Positions 37,221 to 52,500 of a stretch of 64,000 nucleotides of DNA are shown piece by piece; position 1 is the first letter of the stretch; every line of letters starts with the position of its first letter. The stretch covers positions 316,076,001-316,140,000 of the forward strand of contig OZ024740.1 of NCBI GenBank assembly GCA_964016885.1, in the 5' to 3' direction. The DNA is from Eledone cirrhosa (taxonomy: Eukaryota). Under the pieces are notes generated by a model, which was not told the DNA's origin, did no database searches, and saw only the letters and a list, made by a program, of their open reading frames with translations. Both the position numbers and the translations under genes were made by a program.

Positions 37221-37649
37221 GTAGTAGTAGCAGTGGTGGTAGTAGTAGCAGTAGTAGTAGCGGTGGTAGCAGCAGTAGTAGCAGGGGTGGTGGTGGTAGC
37301 AGTGGTGGTAGTAGTATATGCACTGAATTGGAATAAACCAAAGTATATAGTCAAAAGTCTTAAGTCACGAAGATGACTGATTGGTTCTGAAAATTTCAAA
37401 AAAGAATTATTTTGAAAGTTTTCTCTCCATTCTCTTTTCAGGAAACATTGCTTTCACTATTGCTACTGTTTGAGATTGTTTACCTACTTAGAAATCTAAG
37501 TTCAAAGTTCACAATGTGTTATTACTTGTAACTTATAAGCAATTGTAATGGTGTCTTCTCTGTGTCTTCATTATGTTAGAGTTATGTGAATCTGAAAATT
37601 ATAATAAATCTTTTTGTATCTATCAACTAAACATATATTGCAGTGCATG

Positions 37650-38050
37650 TTAACCTTTTACCATTTAAACCGGCCATATTCTGTTCAAACTGGCTGTAAC
37701 ACTGATGTTAAGGATTTGTTCTCAAAATATGTAATATAACTCACATAATTGTTTCTACGTTAGGCACAAAGCCAGCAAATACCCAGTGCATTACTGGTAC
37801 TTTACTTTATCGACCCCGTAAGGATGAAAGGCAAAGTTAACTTTGGTGGGATTTGAACTCAGAATGGCAAGGGCCATAACTCTATGCGTCAAAGCATGAC
37901 GTCCGATCCTCTACCGATACTGCCAATCCACCGCCCGTAATATAACTCACATAATGATGTGACAATTATGTTGAATCAATGAGATTTTTAAAGCCTTTAC
38001 AATGAAAATATAATAGTAAATAGAGAATAATGTAAGTGGTAAAAGGTTAA
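37650..38050. mobile_element. piggyBac-like MITE containing a SINE-B insertion (37750-37936, - strand)
   Basis: Ends TTAA-CCTTTTACCATTTA / TAAGTGGTAAAAGG-TTAA; SINE flanked by a 19-bp TSD GTAATATAACTCACATAAT (37731-37749, 37937-37955). Confidence 0.75.
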
Positions 38051-38765
38051 AGCTTTATAAAGGTCTAATTTATTAATGAAACACAGTGGGACTATCACAG
38101 CATGTCAAGGTTGGTATAGAACTGACTGATAGTATGTTTATATGTATGGTCAAGCTTTGTTACTTTATTTTCTTCTTGACTGGTGTTATTTTATATGAAG
38201 TAAGTACTATTGATATCCAATGAAGGCACATTACTTAGTGGTTAGGATGTTCAGTTCATGATTGTAAGGTTGTGAGTTTGATTCCTAATGGTGTGTTGTG
38301 TCCTTGAGCAAGATACTTTATTTCATATTGCTCCTGTCCAGCCAGCTGGCCAAAATTAGTTGTACAAAAATGAGTTCAAAGGGTCAGCCATGTTACACTT
38401 GTATCACGTTGAATCTCCCTGAGAACTATGTTAAAAGTACACATGCTTATGGAATGCTCAGCCACTTGCACGTTAATTTCATGAGCTGGGTGTTTCATTG
38501 TTTGACCCACAAGAACACTCATTGTTAGAAGTGAGTTAGGTTCAACAACAATATTGACATGTATTGATACCTTAGAAAATATTAAATTGTGGGAAGTAAT
38601 TTTGTAAGAGAGTGTTTGCAGTTTATTTTATGTGTTGCTACAATACCTGAACCACAACTAGCTAATAAACAAAGCCCTGATCTTGTATTTATATGACACA
38701 GGCAGATTTTATGGGGTATTGTGTTGGGAGAAAAAGAGTTGAACCACCACAAGCCAATAAATAAT

Positions 38766-38934
38766 TGTTTCTACTTTAGGCACAAGGCTAGCAATTATCC
38801 CAGTGTATTACTGGTACTTTATTTTATCGACCCTATAAGGATGAAAGGCAAAGTTAACCTCGGCGGGATTTGAACTCAGACCATAAAGGGCCGTAACTCT
38901 ATGCTGCAAAGCATGGCATCCGACCCTCTACCGA
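38766..38934 (-). mobile_element. SINE family B, 5'-truncated
   Basis: Flanked by direct repeat CAATAAATAAT. Confidence 0.85.
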
Positions 38935-39017
38935 CAATAAATAATGCCCTGGTCTTGTATTTATATGACAGGCAAATTTTATGGAATATTGTTTTGGAAG
39001 AGAGTGCCTTACAAGCC

Positions 39018-39049
<32 letters not shown>

Positions 39050-39528
39050 TATATTGAAAATATGACTGTTTTAGTTTTAAATATTCTACTATTTAAGATA
39101 TTTCTTATTTTCTTCTTAGTTCTCTGTTTTGTTTGAGTCAGTAAATTTCCTCAGTTTCTCAACATACGATGACCATCTTAAGTTTATCTCCTGAATAAAA
39201 TGCTTTTAATGGTGGTAGCTGCTACTATTTTTATTTCAGAAAAGAACCAAGGGAATGGTGTGTCACTGTCTCCTATTAGACATTTGATTTTCCAAACATT
39301 AAAGTCAGTCTTCTTGCAGTTGTAATCAGCTAAATAATTTATCAGTGTTTGTTTCTAGGAAGCAGTGTCTTTTTGTTAAGATTTGTGTCATACATTGCTA
39401 TCAATGTAGGTTCTATCACTAATCTTCTATATTACTAAATATTCTATATAACCCATGTTAGCATGGAAAAATGGATGTTAAACGATGATGATGATGATGC
39501 TACTGTTAGCAATTAATGTTTTTCTATC

Positions 39529-39729
39529 TACGTGGGTTGGCTGAAAAGTTCATAAGTTGACCAAGATACTCTCAGGAATGACCAAATGAGATTTATTTTT
39601 CAACATAGTCCCTGGAAAGAAACAATGAGGTTATTAATAAGAAGAGTTGAAATTAATGCATGCAAGATTTCACAGCTCTAGCATCACTCCTTCATAGTCA
39701 GCCTATGCACTTTTCAGATTACCCTTGTA
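39529..39729 (-). mobile_element. Mariner-like MITE
   Basis: TA-CGTGGGTTGGCTGAAAAGTTCATAAGTTGAC ... GTCAGCCTATGCACTTTTCAGATTACCCTTG-TA. Confidence 0.75.
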
Positions 39730-39902
39730 GTTTTCTTTTACATTGTGTGATATAATATTACATTGGCTCTTTGTTATAGATACATCACTAACAAGTGTGA
39801 TAGTTCACTGTAATAATATTTCTAGGATCTAACTATGAGGTAAGGTATATTTTCATTTAAGATATTCACATTACATTTTTATTTAATATTATAATATATT
39901 TT

Positions 39903-40148
39903 AATAAATTACTGATAAGTTTCAAAAGGCTGGTATAATGTGGTAGAAATATATAAAGGACAAACAATGATAAATATAACAAAATAAAGTAATGTTTTAC
40001 CCAGTATATTTCAGCATAATATTTCAGGGCTAATACCCTCTTTTGAAATGGAAAAGGTCCAGAACATTTTGTTTTATTTGTCATTTTTCACCCTTTATAT
40101 ATTTCTACCACATTGTACTGGCTTTTTGAAACTTATCAGTTATTTATT
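39903..40148. mobile_element. Foldback/MITE-like inverted repeat (~80-bp arms)
   Basis: ACTGATAAGTTTCAAAA..AATGTGGTAGAAATATATAAAGG pairs with CCTTTATATATTTCTACCACATT..TTTTGAAACTTATCAGT. Confidence 0.7.
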
Positions 40149-41003
40149 ACATATCTCATAATGCTTCGTATTAACTATCATACATTTTAATATTTTCCTT
40201 ACACTATTTTTCCCAAACCATTATAGATTATACAATGATTTCTTAGCTGGTTGTTGTTATTGTTTAGTTTTACATCAGCCTTGATCAACGAAACCTATAA
40301 CCAAAGATGTAGTATATCTAAGGTAGTATATCTAAGGCATGTTTTATCAAATGTATCTTGCAATTTTTAAGATGGTAGAATATGATTTGATGGAAATTTG
40401 GCTGCTATTTCTAGAGGTTGTTCAATATCATGTAGAAAATCTCTCATTAGATCATTCTTTATTGATTTACTAAAACATTTCAAATTGCTTGTCTACAATT
40501 TCTTCATGATCATCATCAAACGTCTATCTTCCATGCTAGCATGGGTTAGACGGGAGTTGTCCCACTTTTCATATTCTGGTATTTAAAACATCTCTGTGTT
40601 TACTCTATTGAACTTAATTACTGTTAAAGGAAGACCTGGGAAAGGAATAATCAACAGATTTTATTCTAAGAAAAGTGGTACATGAGTACCAATTCATAAA
40701 AAATGCTACATGTGATGAAATAGGCAAGATATTTACCTCTTATCTTTCTAAACCACATAATCAGAACTCATTATCCAAAGGCCCAGGAAAAAACTCCAAC
40801 AATAACTGTACATACTCTGAAGGTCTTGACAATGGCATAGCTAAAGCTTGTTTTGCTCAGCATGGTCCTTAAATTCACCAACCCAGAAAAACATTTCAGT
40901 AAAAAATAAATGCTGCGTGGGGTGAACTCTAGCTACATTACTAGGTTTTAAAAGTCATGGGTACAATCCCTTCCTCCTAAAAGAAAGCTTAATAAAAAAA
41001 AAA

Positions 41004-41872
41004 TCATTATCATCATCATCATCACCATTATCATCACCATCACCATCATCATCACCATTATCATCATCATCATTATCATCATCATCATTATTATCATCAT
41101 CATCACCATCACCATTATCATCATCACCATTATCATCATATTATCATCATCATCATCATTATCTTTATTTCCCGCCGAGGTTAACCTTGCCTTTCATCCT
41201 TATGGGGTCGATAAAATAAAGTACCAGTAATGTACTGGGTAATTGCTGGCCTTGTGCCAAAAGTAGAAACAATTATCTTTATTATCATATTATTATCATA
41301 TTATCATCATCATATTATTATCATATTATCATCATCATATTATTATCATATTATTATCATTATCATATTATTATCATTATCATATTATTATCATTATCAT
41401 ATTATTATCATATTATTATCATCATATTATTATCATATTATTATCATTATCATATTATTATCATATTATCATCATCATATTATTATCATATTATTATCAT
41501 TATCATATTATTATCATTATCATATTATTATCATCATCATATTATTATCATCATATTATTATCATCATCATATTATTATCATATTATTATCATATTATTA
41601 TCATATTATTATCATCATCATATTATTATCATATTATTATCATCATCATATTATTATCATATTATTATCATCATCATATTATTATCATATTATTATCATA
41701 TTATTATCATATTATTATCATCATCATATTATTATCATATTATTATCATCATCATATTATTATCATCATATTATCATCATCATCATCATTATCTTTATTA
41801 TCATATTATTATCATATTATTATCATATTATTATCATATTATTATCATCATCATATCTTTATTATCATATTA
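41004..41872. repeat. (ATC/ATT)n compound microsatellite with a SINE-B fragment at ~41170-41272
   Basis: Directly visible. Confidence 0.95.
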
Positions 41873-41896
41873 TGATCAGCACCTGCAAGGTTTGTA

Positions 41897-42243
41897 TAAT
41901 AATAATAATAATAATGAAATTATTGTGTACAGTGCTCAGGTGCACTACAACTCATCAAAGGTGCATGTATAGTACATAGAATAATGTACAAATGTCAGGA
42001 AAATAAACAGTGTATGAGTCATGATATAATAACAATAACAATAATGAAATATTGTGCACAGTGCCCAGGTGCACCACAACCCATCAAAAAAGTGCATGTA
42101 CAGTACATAGGGCAATGCACAAACATCAGTAAAATGAACAGTGCACACATGTGTGCATGTGTATGGAAGGGGCACATCAGGTGTAGTTTTGGCGTATTTC
42201 GGGAAGCATGAGTGTCTTAAAGGATGCAGTGTCTCGGCAGCTA
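41897..42243 (-). mobile_element. CR1-like LINE 3' end with duplicated 3' UTR segment
   Basis: Minus strand SCRDTASFKTLMLPEIRQNYT-stop, then UTR and (ATT)n tail; AATGAAAT..CAGTGC.CAGGTGCAC block present twice. Confidence 0.55.
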
Positions 42244-42469
42244 GTATACTAGTATACTCGGCAGCTTAGTATACTAACTGATCATGATGATAATAATAAT
42301 ATGATGATCATGATGATGATAATAATATGATGATCATGATGATAATATGATGATGATATGATGATAATATTATCATCATATTATTATCATCATATCATCA
42401 TCATATTATCATCATCATGATCATCATCATCATGATCAGTTAGTATACAAACCTTGCAGGTGCTATTAG

Positions 42470-42730
42470 AACTGAGTACCATGTAGAGAGAGAAGTTGTG
42501 GCAATCATTATTGGAGTGCTAGACACGTTCCCTAAATGCTTTACATTTTTCATCAAAAGCCTTGGGTTTCCCGACTTCATAAGCTATGCCTAAATTTCTA
42601 CCATCTCCCGGAATCCTACGCAATATATTGAACTTCTAAAATCAGGGACTGATTTGGGGTCAATTAACATGCTTCACCTAGCAGCCGATTGCTAGGGAAA
42701 CCTTACAAAAGGAAAAAAAGAAATCATTAT
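42470..42730 (+). mobile_element. R4/Dong-like LINE 3' remnant
   Basis: EVVAIIIGVLDTFPKCF..IKSLG...ILRNIL resembles the VxPIVIGALGxxPK..LG..ILR C-terminus of R4/Dong RLE domains. Confidence 0.5.
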
Positions 42731-42732
42731 TT

Positions 42733-43740
42733 AGTTACAGCCCTTTACGTTCTGAGTTCAAATCTTGTTGAGGTTAGTTTTGCCTTTCATCCTTACGAGG
42801 TCAATAAAATAAAGTACCAGTCATGCACTGAAGTCAATTTAATCGACTTTTCCTTCCCACCAAAATTGCTGGCCTTGTGCCTTAATCAGAAACCATTATT
42901 ATTATTTAGTTAAATCCTTTTACATTCTGATTCAAATCCTGCTGAGGTGAGCTTTGACTTTCATCCTTATGTGGTCGATATAATAAAGTACCAGTAATAC
43001 ACTGGGGTTGATTTAATTGACTTTTCCCTCCCCCAAAATTGTTGGCCTTGTGCCTAAATCAGAAACCATTATTTATTATTATTATTATTATTAAAGCGCG
43101 GTGGATTGGCAGTATCGGTAGAGGGTCAGACGCCATGCTTTCCAGCATAGTTACGTCCCTTTATGATCTGAGTTCAAATCCCGCTGAGGTTGACTTTGCC
43201 TTTCATCCTTACGGGGTCGATATAAAGTACCAGTAATGCACTGGGTAATTGCTGGCCTTGTGCTTAAAGTAGAAACAATTATTATTATTATTATTAAAGG
43301 GCGGTGGATTGGCAGTATCGGTAGAGGGTTGGACGCCATGTTTTGACGCATGGAGTTACGGCCCTTGCCATTCTGAGTTCAAATCCCGCCGAGGTTAACT
43401 TTGCCTTTCATCCTTACGGGATAGATAAAATAAAGTACCAGTAATACACTGGGTAATTGCTGGCCTTCTGCCAAAAGTAGAAACAATTATTATCATTATT
43501 ATTATTATTATGCTTTCAGTTAGGACAGTAAATTGGCAGTATTGGTAGAGCATCTTTTAGGCATAGAGATATGGCCCTTTACGTTTAAATCCCACTGAGG
43601 TTAGCTTTGTCTTTCATCCTTGAGGGGGGGGAGGTCGATAAAATAAAATAAAGTACCAGTAACACACTGGAGGTTGATTTAGTTGACTTTGTCCTTCCCT
43701 TCTAATTGCTGGCCTTGTGCCTAAATCAGAAACGATTATT
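42733..43740 (+). mobile_element. Head-to-tail cluster of five SINE-B copies separated by (ATT)n
   Basis: Copies at about 42733-42900, 42908-43070, 43096-43280, 43298-43490 and 43530-43740. Confidence 0.9.
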
Positions 43741-44740
43741 ATGTTTTCAGTTACGATGAAGGGACTGTGCCCATAACTTTTAAGTCAATAAAATTCTAAT
43801 GATTAACTTAGCAATACTCTCACTTTTTACTGTTACTTTATTACAAATTCTTCTGTGTAAGTGATTGCTTTGTTATCTAAAATCTCAATGTTAACATTCT
43901 AAATTCTAAGCAATTTTCACATTTTCTAATGATGCTGGCTGCTTTAGTATCACCTTTCCAAACACTTAACAGCCATTTTACAATGATTGTAATGCAATCG
44001 GTTTTCCATAGATGAGTATGGAAGTACCATTATCTTATGGATTGAATTTCACAACTGTCTCAATGGCCATTTTCTGTCTTTCATTTTTTCTATCACTTAG
44101 GCTGCATTTCAATTTTATTCTTTTATAGTTTTGTTATTCAAACTTTTGTTTTATTTTTTTATTTATATATTTATTATTATTATTATTATTATTTTCTTTT
44201 TTTACCAAATTATATTTAGCAATATGGCTTGTTTTACTTCACTATCAGCTACAGTTCAAAGCCTGTGTAACAATATATTATCATTATATTAATTATCATC
44301 ACTATCACTGTTATCATCATCTCATGTTCTTTATTATCATGCCTACACAGTGTTTCCTGCTACAGGAGTTTTGTTATTTTTCTGCTCTAACAGTCAGGTT
44401 TGCCACCTCATTCAGTAGTATTCTAGAAATTCTATGGCTATAGTTGTTGGTGGTATTGTTTTAGTCCTAGATCAGCTCTGATTGAGCAGACGTATCATCA
44501 AACATGTATATCTAAGACTATATTATCCAATATGTTTTCCATTTTAAAACAATAGAGTATGGTTTGAGGAATATTTGGCTGTTAATTCTAGCAGGTTGAA
44601 TGACTGCATAGCAGCTTCTATCATTGACTCATCTGGCTGTAGTTGTATTGGTATGATTATACGTTTTGAAAGATGAATATTGTATTTGATGTATTTTGAT
44701 GTTGCCTATGTTTAGATTTGTTTTCAATCATTTCTGCACT

Positions 44741-44950
44741 TTGATTGGCAGAATCGGTAGAGTGTCTGACAACATATTTTGTAGCATAGTTACGACTCTT
44801 TATGTTCTGAGTTCAAATCCCGCCGAGGTTAGCTTTGCCTTTCATCCTTACAAGGTCGATAAAATAAAGTACCAGTAATACAATGGGGTTGATTTAATTG
44901 AATTTCCCCTGGCCCCAAATTGCTGGCCTTGTGCCTAAATCAGAAACCAA
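44741..44950 (+). mobile_element. SINE family B
   Basis: A/B boxes, body and tail; flanked by ATTTCTGCACTTT direct repeat. Confidence 0.85.
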
Positions 44951-45689
44951 TAATTTCTGCACTTTCCGCTATGATACGGAAAGGAGAGGAGGGGGGAAAA
45001 ATTCCTAGGACAACTATAAAGGAGTGAAATCTCGTATGCATTAATTTCAACTCTTCATATTAATAACTGCATTGTTCTTTTCGGGGACTATGTTGAAAAG
45101 TAAACCTCATTTAGTCATTCCATGAGAGTATCTTGGTCATCCTATGAACTCTTCTGCCGACCCTTGTAATTCCCAGCCTGTGGGTCACAATCTAAACTGA
45201 GTCAGTATAATTTTTAAAGGCATCACCATGGCAAAATGCTTTACTTTTGAAATATTTGATAAAATGTTAATGTATATGCTATACAATAACCTGTAAAGCT
45301 TAATGACAATAACACATTTTTCTGCAAACACAAATTGAGGAATATTTCCCGAGGAAATATATGAAAAGTTATCATCTTTTTCCAGCTCAAGAGGTTACAC
45401 CCTTGAATTATTTAATAGTGATAATTAATGCATTGTTCTTGTTTGTTCATTATGAAAGGCTATCAGAGATCATTAAGCTAACATTTGCAGCCAGTTTAAC
45501 CAGCCCATCCCAAATTGCCTCTGGTCTTATGAAACGGTTTCTATTTAAATTAAAATCTTTCAAAATAATTTATAAAAAAAATCTTTCGTTACAAATATTG
45601 AATTGATAATTAGATAATTAATAATCTTAATAAATCTCTCTGAATTCTTAATTAATTAATCAAAATACAGTATATTTAATTAGAAATAT

Positions 45690-46070
45690 AGCAATGAAAG
45701 AATTCCTCCAAAGGGTCTTTGGAGTAATGTTACTCAACAGAGTGCATAGCTTGGAGATGAGAGAGTCACTACAGGTAGAGCCACTACTTCTCTGAATTAA
45801 GATATCACAGCTTCGATATTATGGGCATGTGGTTAGAATGTCTCATGAAAAAATCCTTGACAGATTTTATGGGCAAAACCAACTGGCAGAAGACACAGGG
45901 TCAGAACCTGTGCAAAATGGTTGGATAACATCCATGAACTTGGCTGGTTTTGCTTGGAGATCCAAACAGATCAGATGGAGATGGTTGCTTGTAACAGGAC
46001 CCATTGGAAGGAGTGTTTGAGGACGCTTCCCTCATGACCCTTTCAGGAATATGTTGGTGAAGAAGAAGAC
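45690..46070 (+). mobile_element. Degraded RTE family 5 3' fragment
   Basis: RESLQVEPLLL..SQLRYYGHVVRM; (GAA)n tail. Confidence 0.7.
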
Positions 46071-46199
46071 GGATTAAGAGTTTAAGTTATGTGTTAACCA
46101 TGTGTACAGACAGTGTAATGCTGAAATGCTTCTTTGATTTGAGTAGTGATTGTGTGTTGTTGTTGTTGAATGAGATTAGATTGATATGTACCCATTTAA

Positions 46200-46485
46200 G
46201 AATGTTTTCAAAGCTTCTTTTAATAGAAGCAAAGACTGTTTAATGGAAGGAAACTAATTTGTGTTGGGGATGATGATAGCTGTACAGATAAGTTACAGAG
46301 AAAGGTGGTATCTTCTGCAAATAAGTATGTGTATGGTTGAAGATAACAGTGAGGAGGAGTGATAGATATAGAGAAAGCAGAGCGGAGGCGGGTATAACCC
46401 AACCCTGAAGCATACCTGAGTTTATAGAACTGAGATCAGAGAGATTTGTCTGTCAACAAATAACTGCAAAGGAGTGGTCTAACAG
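46200..46485 (-). mobile_element. Degraded CR1/Jockey-like RT remnant
   Basis: INSGMLQGWVIP...YLFAEDTTF resembles RT motifs GVPQGS and FADD. Confidence 0.5.
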
Positions 46486-46575
46486 CAATCTTCTAACTGT
46501 AGATATAGCATCCATGTTTCACTGTTTCTTCTCATTAAGATCATAATCTCTCTAATTATCATTATCATCATAAAC

Positions 46576-49500
46576 ACTACCACCAACATCACCCCTACTA
46601 TTGACACCACCACTGCCACCAACATCACCCCTACTATTGACACCACCACTACCACCAACATCACCCCTACTATTGACACCACCACTACCACCAACATCAC
46701 CACTACTATTGACACCACCACTACCACCAACATCACCACTACTATTGACACCACCACTACCACCAACATCACCCCTACTATTGACACCACCACTACCACC
46801 AACATCACCACTACTATTGACACCACCACTACCACCAACATCACCCCTACTATTGACACCACCACTACTACCAACATCACCACTACTATTGACACCACCA
46901 CTACCACCAACATCACCCCTACTATTGACACCACCACTACCACCAACACCACCACTACTATTGACACCACCACTACCACCAACATCACCCCTACTATTGA
47001 CACCACCACTACTACCAACATCACCCCTACTATTGACACCACCACTACCACCACCATCACCACTACTATTGACACCACCACTACCACCAACATCACCCCT
47101 ACTATTGACACCACCACTACCACCAACATCACCCCTACTATTGACACCACCACTACCACCAACATCACCCCTACTATTGACACCACCACTACCACCAACA
47201 TCACCACTACTATTGACACCACCACTACCACCAACATCACCCCTACTATTGACACCACCACTACCACCAACATCACCACTACTATTGACACCACCACTAC
47301 CACCAACATCACCCCTACTATTGACACCACCACTACCACCAACATCACCACTATTATTGACACCACCACTACCACCAATACCACCCCTACTATTGACACC
47401 ACCACTACCACCAACATCACCCCTACTATTGACACCACCACTACCACCAACATCACCCCTACTATTGACACCACCACTACCACCAACATCACCACTATTA
47501 TTGACACCACCACTACCACCAATAGCACCCCTACTATTGAAACCACCACTACCACCAACATCACCCCTACTATTGACACCACCACTACCACCAACATCAC
47601 CCCTACTATTGACACCACCACTACCACCAACATCACCCCTACTATTGACACCACCACTACCACCAACATCACCACTATTATTGACACCACCACTACCACC
47701 AACATCACCACTACTATTGACACCACCACTACCACCAACATCACCCCTACTATTGACACCACCACTACCACCAACATCACCACTACTATTGACACCACCA
47801 CTACCACCAACATCACCCCTACTATTGACACCACCACTACCACCAACATCACCCCTACTATTGACACCACCACTACCACCAACATCACCCCTACTATTGA
47901 CACCACCACTACCACCAACATCACCCCTACTATTGACACCACCACTACCACCAACATCACCAATACCACCACCACCACCACCACTACCACCAACATCACC
48001 ACTACTATTGACACCACCACTACCACCAACATCACCAATACCACCACCACCACCACCACTACCACCAACATCACCACTACTATTGACACCACCACTACCA
48101 CCAACATCACCAATACCACCACCACCACCACCACTACCACTAACATCACCACTACTATTGACACCACCACTACCACCAACATCACCACTACTATTGACAC
48201 CACCACTGCCACCAACATCACCACTACTATTGACACCACCACTACCACCAACATCACCCCTACTATTGACACCACCACTACCACCAACATCACCCCTACT
48301 ATTGACACCACCACTACCACCAACATCACCCCTACTATTGACACCACCACTACCACCAACATCACCCCTACTATTGACACCACCACTACCACCAACATCA
48401 CCAATACCACCACCACCACCACCACTACCACCAACATCACCACTACTATTGACACCACCAACATCACCACTACTATTGACACCACCACTACCACCAACAT
48501 CACCCCTACTATTGACACCACCACTACCACCAACATCACCCCTACTATTGACACCACCACTACCACCAACATCACCCCTACTATTGACACCACCACTACC
48601 ACCAACATCACCCCTACTATTGACACCACCATTACCACCAACATCACCACTACTATTGACACCACCACTACCACCAACATCACCCCTACTATTGACACCA
48701 CCACTACCACCAACATCACCCCTACTATTGATACCACCACTACCACCAACATCACCCCTACTATTGACACCACCACTACCACCAACATCACCCCTACTAT
48801 TGACACCACCACTACCACCAACATCACCACTACTATTGACACCACCACTACCACCAACATCACCCCTACTATTGACACCACCACTACCACCAACATCACC
48901 CCTACTATTGACACCACCACTACCACCAACATCACCACTACTATTGACACCACCACTACCACCAACATCACCCCTACTATTGACACCACCACTACCACCA
49001 ACATCACCCCTACTATTGACACCACCACTACCACCAACATCACCCCTACTATTGACACCACCACTACCACCAACATCACCCCTACTATTGACACCACCAC
49101 TACCACCAACATCACCACTACTATTGACACCACCACTACCACCAACATCACCCCTACTATTGACACCACCACTACCACCAACATCACCCCTACTATTGAC
49201 ACCACCACTACCACCAACATCACCCCTACTATTGACACCACCATTACCACCAACATCACTACTATTGACACCACCACTACCACCAACATCACCACTACTA
49301 TTGACACCACCACTACCACCAACATCACCCCTACTATTGACACCACCACTACCACCAACATCACCACTACTATTGACACCACCACTACCACCAACATCAC
49401 CCCTACTATTGACACCACCACTACCACCAACATCACCCCTACTATTGACACCACCACTACCACCAACATCACCCCTACTATTGACACCACCACTACCACC

Positions 49501-52500
49501 AACATCACCCCTACTATTGACACCACCACTACCACCAACATCACCCCTACTATTGACACCACCACTACCACCAACATCACCCCTACTATTGACACCACCA
49601 CTACCACCAACATCACCCCTACTATTGACACCACCACTACCACCAACATCACCCCTACTATTGACACCACCATTACCACCAACATCACCACTACTATTGA
49701 CACCACCACTACCACCAACATCACCCCTACTATTGACACCACCACTACCACCAACATCACCACTACTATTGACACCACCACTACCACCAACATCACCAAT
49801 ACCACCACCACCACCACCACTACCACCAACATCACCACTACTATTGACACCACCACTACCACCAACATCACCAATACCACCACCACCACCACCACTACCA
49901 CTAACATCACCACTACTATTGACACCACCACTACCACCAACATCACCACTACTATTGACACCACCACTGCCACCAACATCACCACTACTATTGACACCAC
50001 CACTACCACCAACATCACCCCTACTATTGACACCACCACTACCACCAACATCACCCCTACTATTGACACCACCACTACCACCAACATCACCCCTACTATT
50101 GACACCACCACTACCACCAACATCACCCCTACTATTGACACCACCACTACCACCAACATCACCAATACCACCACCACCACCACCACTACCACCAACATCA
50201 CCACTACTATTGACACCACCAACATCACCACTACTATTGACACCACCACTACCACCAACATCACCCCTACTATTGACACCACCACTACCACCAACATCAC
50301 CCCTACTATTGACACCACCACTACCACCAACATCACCCCTACTATTGACACCACCACTACCACCAACATCACCCCTACTATTGACACCACCACTACCACC
50401 AACATCACCCCTACTATTGACACCACCACTACCACCAACATCACCACTACTATTGACACCACCACTACCACCAACATCACCCCTACTATTGACACCACCA
50501 CTACCACCAACATCACCCCTACTATTGACACCACCACTACCACCAACATCACCACTACTATTGACACCACCACTACCACCAACATCACCCCTACTATTGA
50601 CACCACCACTACCACCAACATCACCCCTACTATTGACACCACCACTACCACCAACATCACCCCTACTATTGACACCACCACTACCACCAACATCACCCCT
50701 ACTATTGACACCACCACTACCACCAACATCACCACTACTATTGACACCACCACTACCACCAACATCACCCCTACTATTGACACCACCACTACCACCAACA
50801 TCACCCCTACTATTGACACCACCACTACCACCAACATCACCCCTACTATTGACACCACCATTACCACCAACATCACCACTACTATTGACACCACCACTAC
50901 CACCAACATCACCACTACTATTGACACCACCACTACCACCAACATCACCCCTACTATTGACACCACCACTACCACCAACATCACCACTACTATTGACACC
51001 ACCACTACCACCAACATCACCCCTACTATTGACACCACCACTACCACCAACATCACCCCTACTATTGACACCACCACTACCACCAACATCACCCCTACTA
51101 TTGACACCACCACTACCACCAACATCACCCCTACTATTGACACCACCACTACCACCAACATCACCCCTACTATTGACACCACCACTACCACCAACATCAC
51201 CCCTACTATTGACACCACCACTACCACCAACATCACCCCTACTATTGACACCACCATTACCACCAACATCACCACTACTATTGACACCACCACTACCACC
51301 AACATCACCCCTACTATTGACACCACCACTACCACCAACATCACCACTACTATTGACACTACCACTACCACCAACATCATCAATACCACCACCACCACCA
51401 CTACCACCAACATCACCCCTACTATTGACACCACAACTGCCACCAACATCACTACTATTGACACCACCACTACCACCAACATCACCACTACTATTGACAC
51501 CACCACTACCACCAACATCACCCCTAATATTGACACCACCACTACCACCAACATCACCCCTACTATTGACACCACCATTACCACCAACATCACCACTACT
51601 ATTGACACCACCACTACCACCAACATCACCCCTACTATTGACACCACCACTACCACCAACATCACCCCTACTATTGACACCACCACTACCACCAACATCA
51701 TCAATACCACCACCACCACCAATACCACTACCACCACCAATACCACCACCACCACCAATACCACTACCACCACCAATACCACCACCACCACCACTACCAC
51801 CAACATCACCACTACTATTGACACCACCACTACCACCAACATCACCACTACTATTGACACCACCACTACCACCAACATCACCCCTACTATTGACACCACC
51901 ACTACCACCAACATCATCAATACCACCACCACCACCAATACCACTACCACCAACATCACCACTACTATTGACACCACCACTACCACCAACATCATCAATA
52001 CCACCACCACCACCAATACCACTACCACCACCAATACCACCACCACCACCACTACCACCAACATCACCACTACTATTGACACCACCACTACCACCAACAT
52101 CACCACTACTATTGACACCACCACTACCACCAACATCACCACTACTATTGACACCACCACTACCACCAACATCATCAATACCACCACCACCACCAATACC
52201 ACTACCACCAACATCACCACTACTATTGACACCACCACTACCACCAACATCACCCCTACTATTGACACCACCACTACCACCAACATCACCCCTACTATTG
52301 ACACCACCACTACCACCAACATCACCACTACTATTGACACCACCACTACCACCAACATCACCACTACTATTGACACCACCACTACCACCAACATCACCCC
52401 TACTATTGACACCACCACTACCACCAACATCACCCCTACTATTGACACCACCACTACCACCAACATCACCCCTACTATTGACACCACCACTACCACCAAC

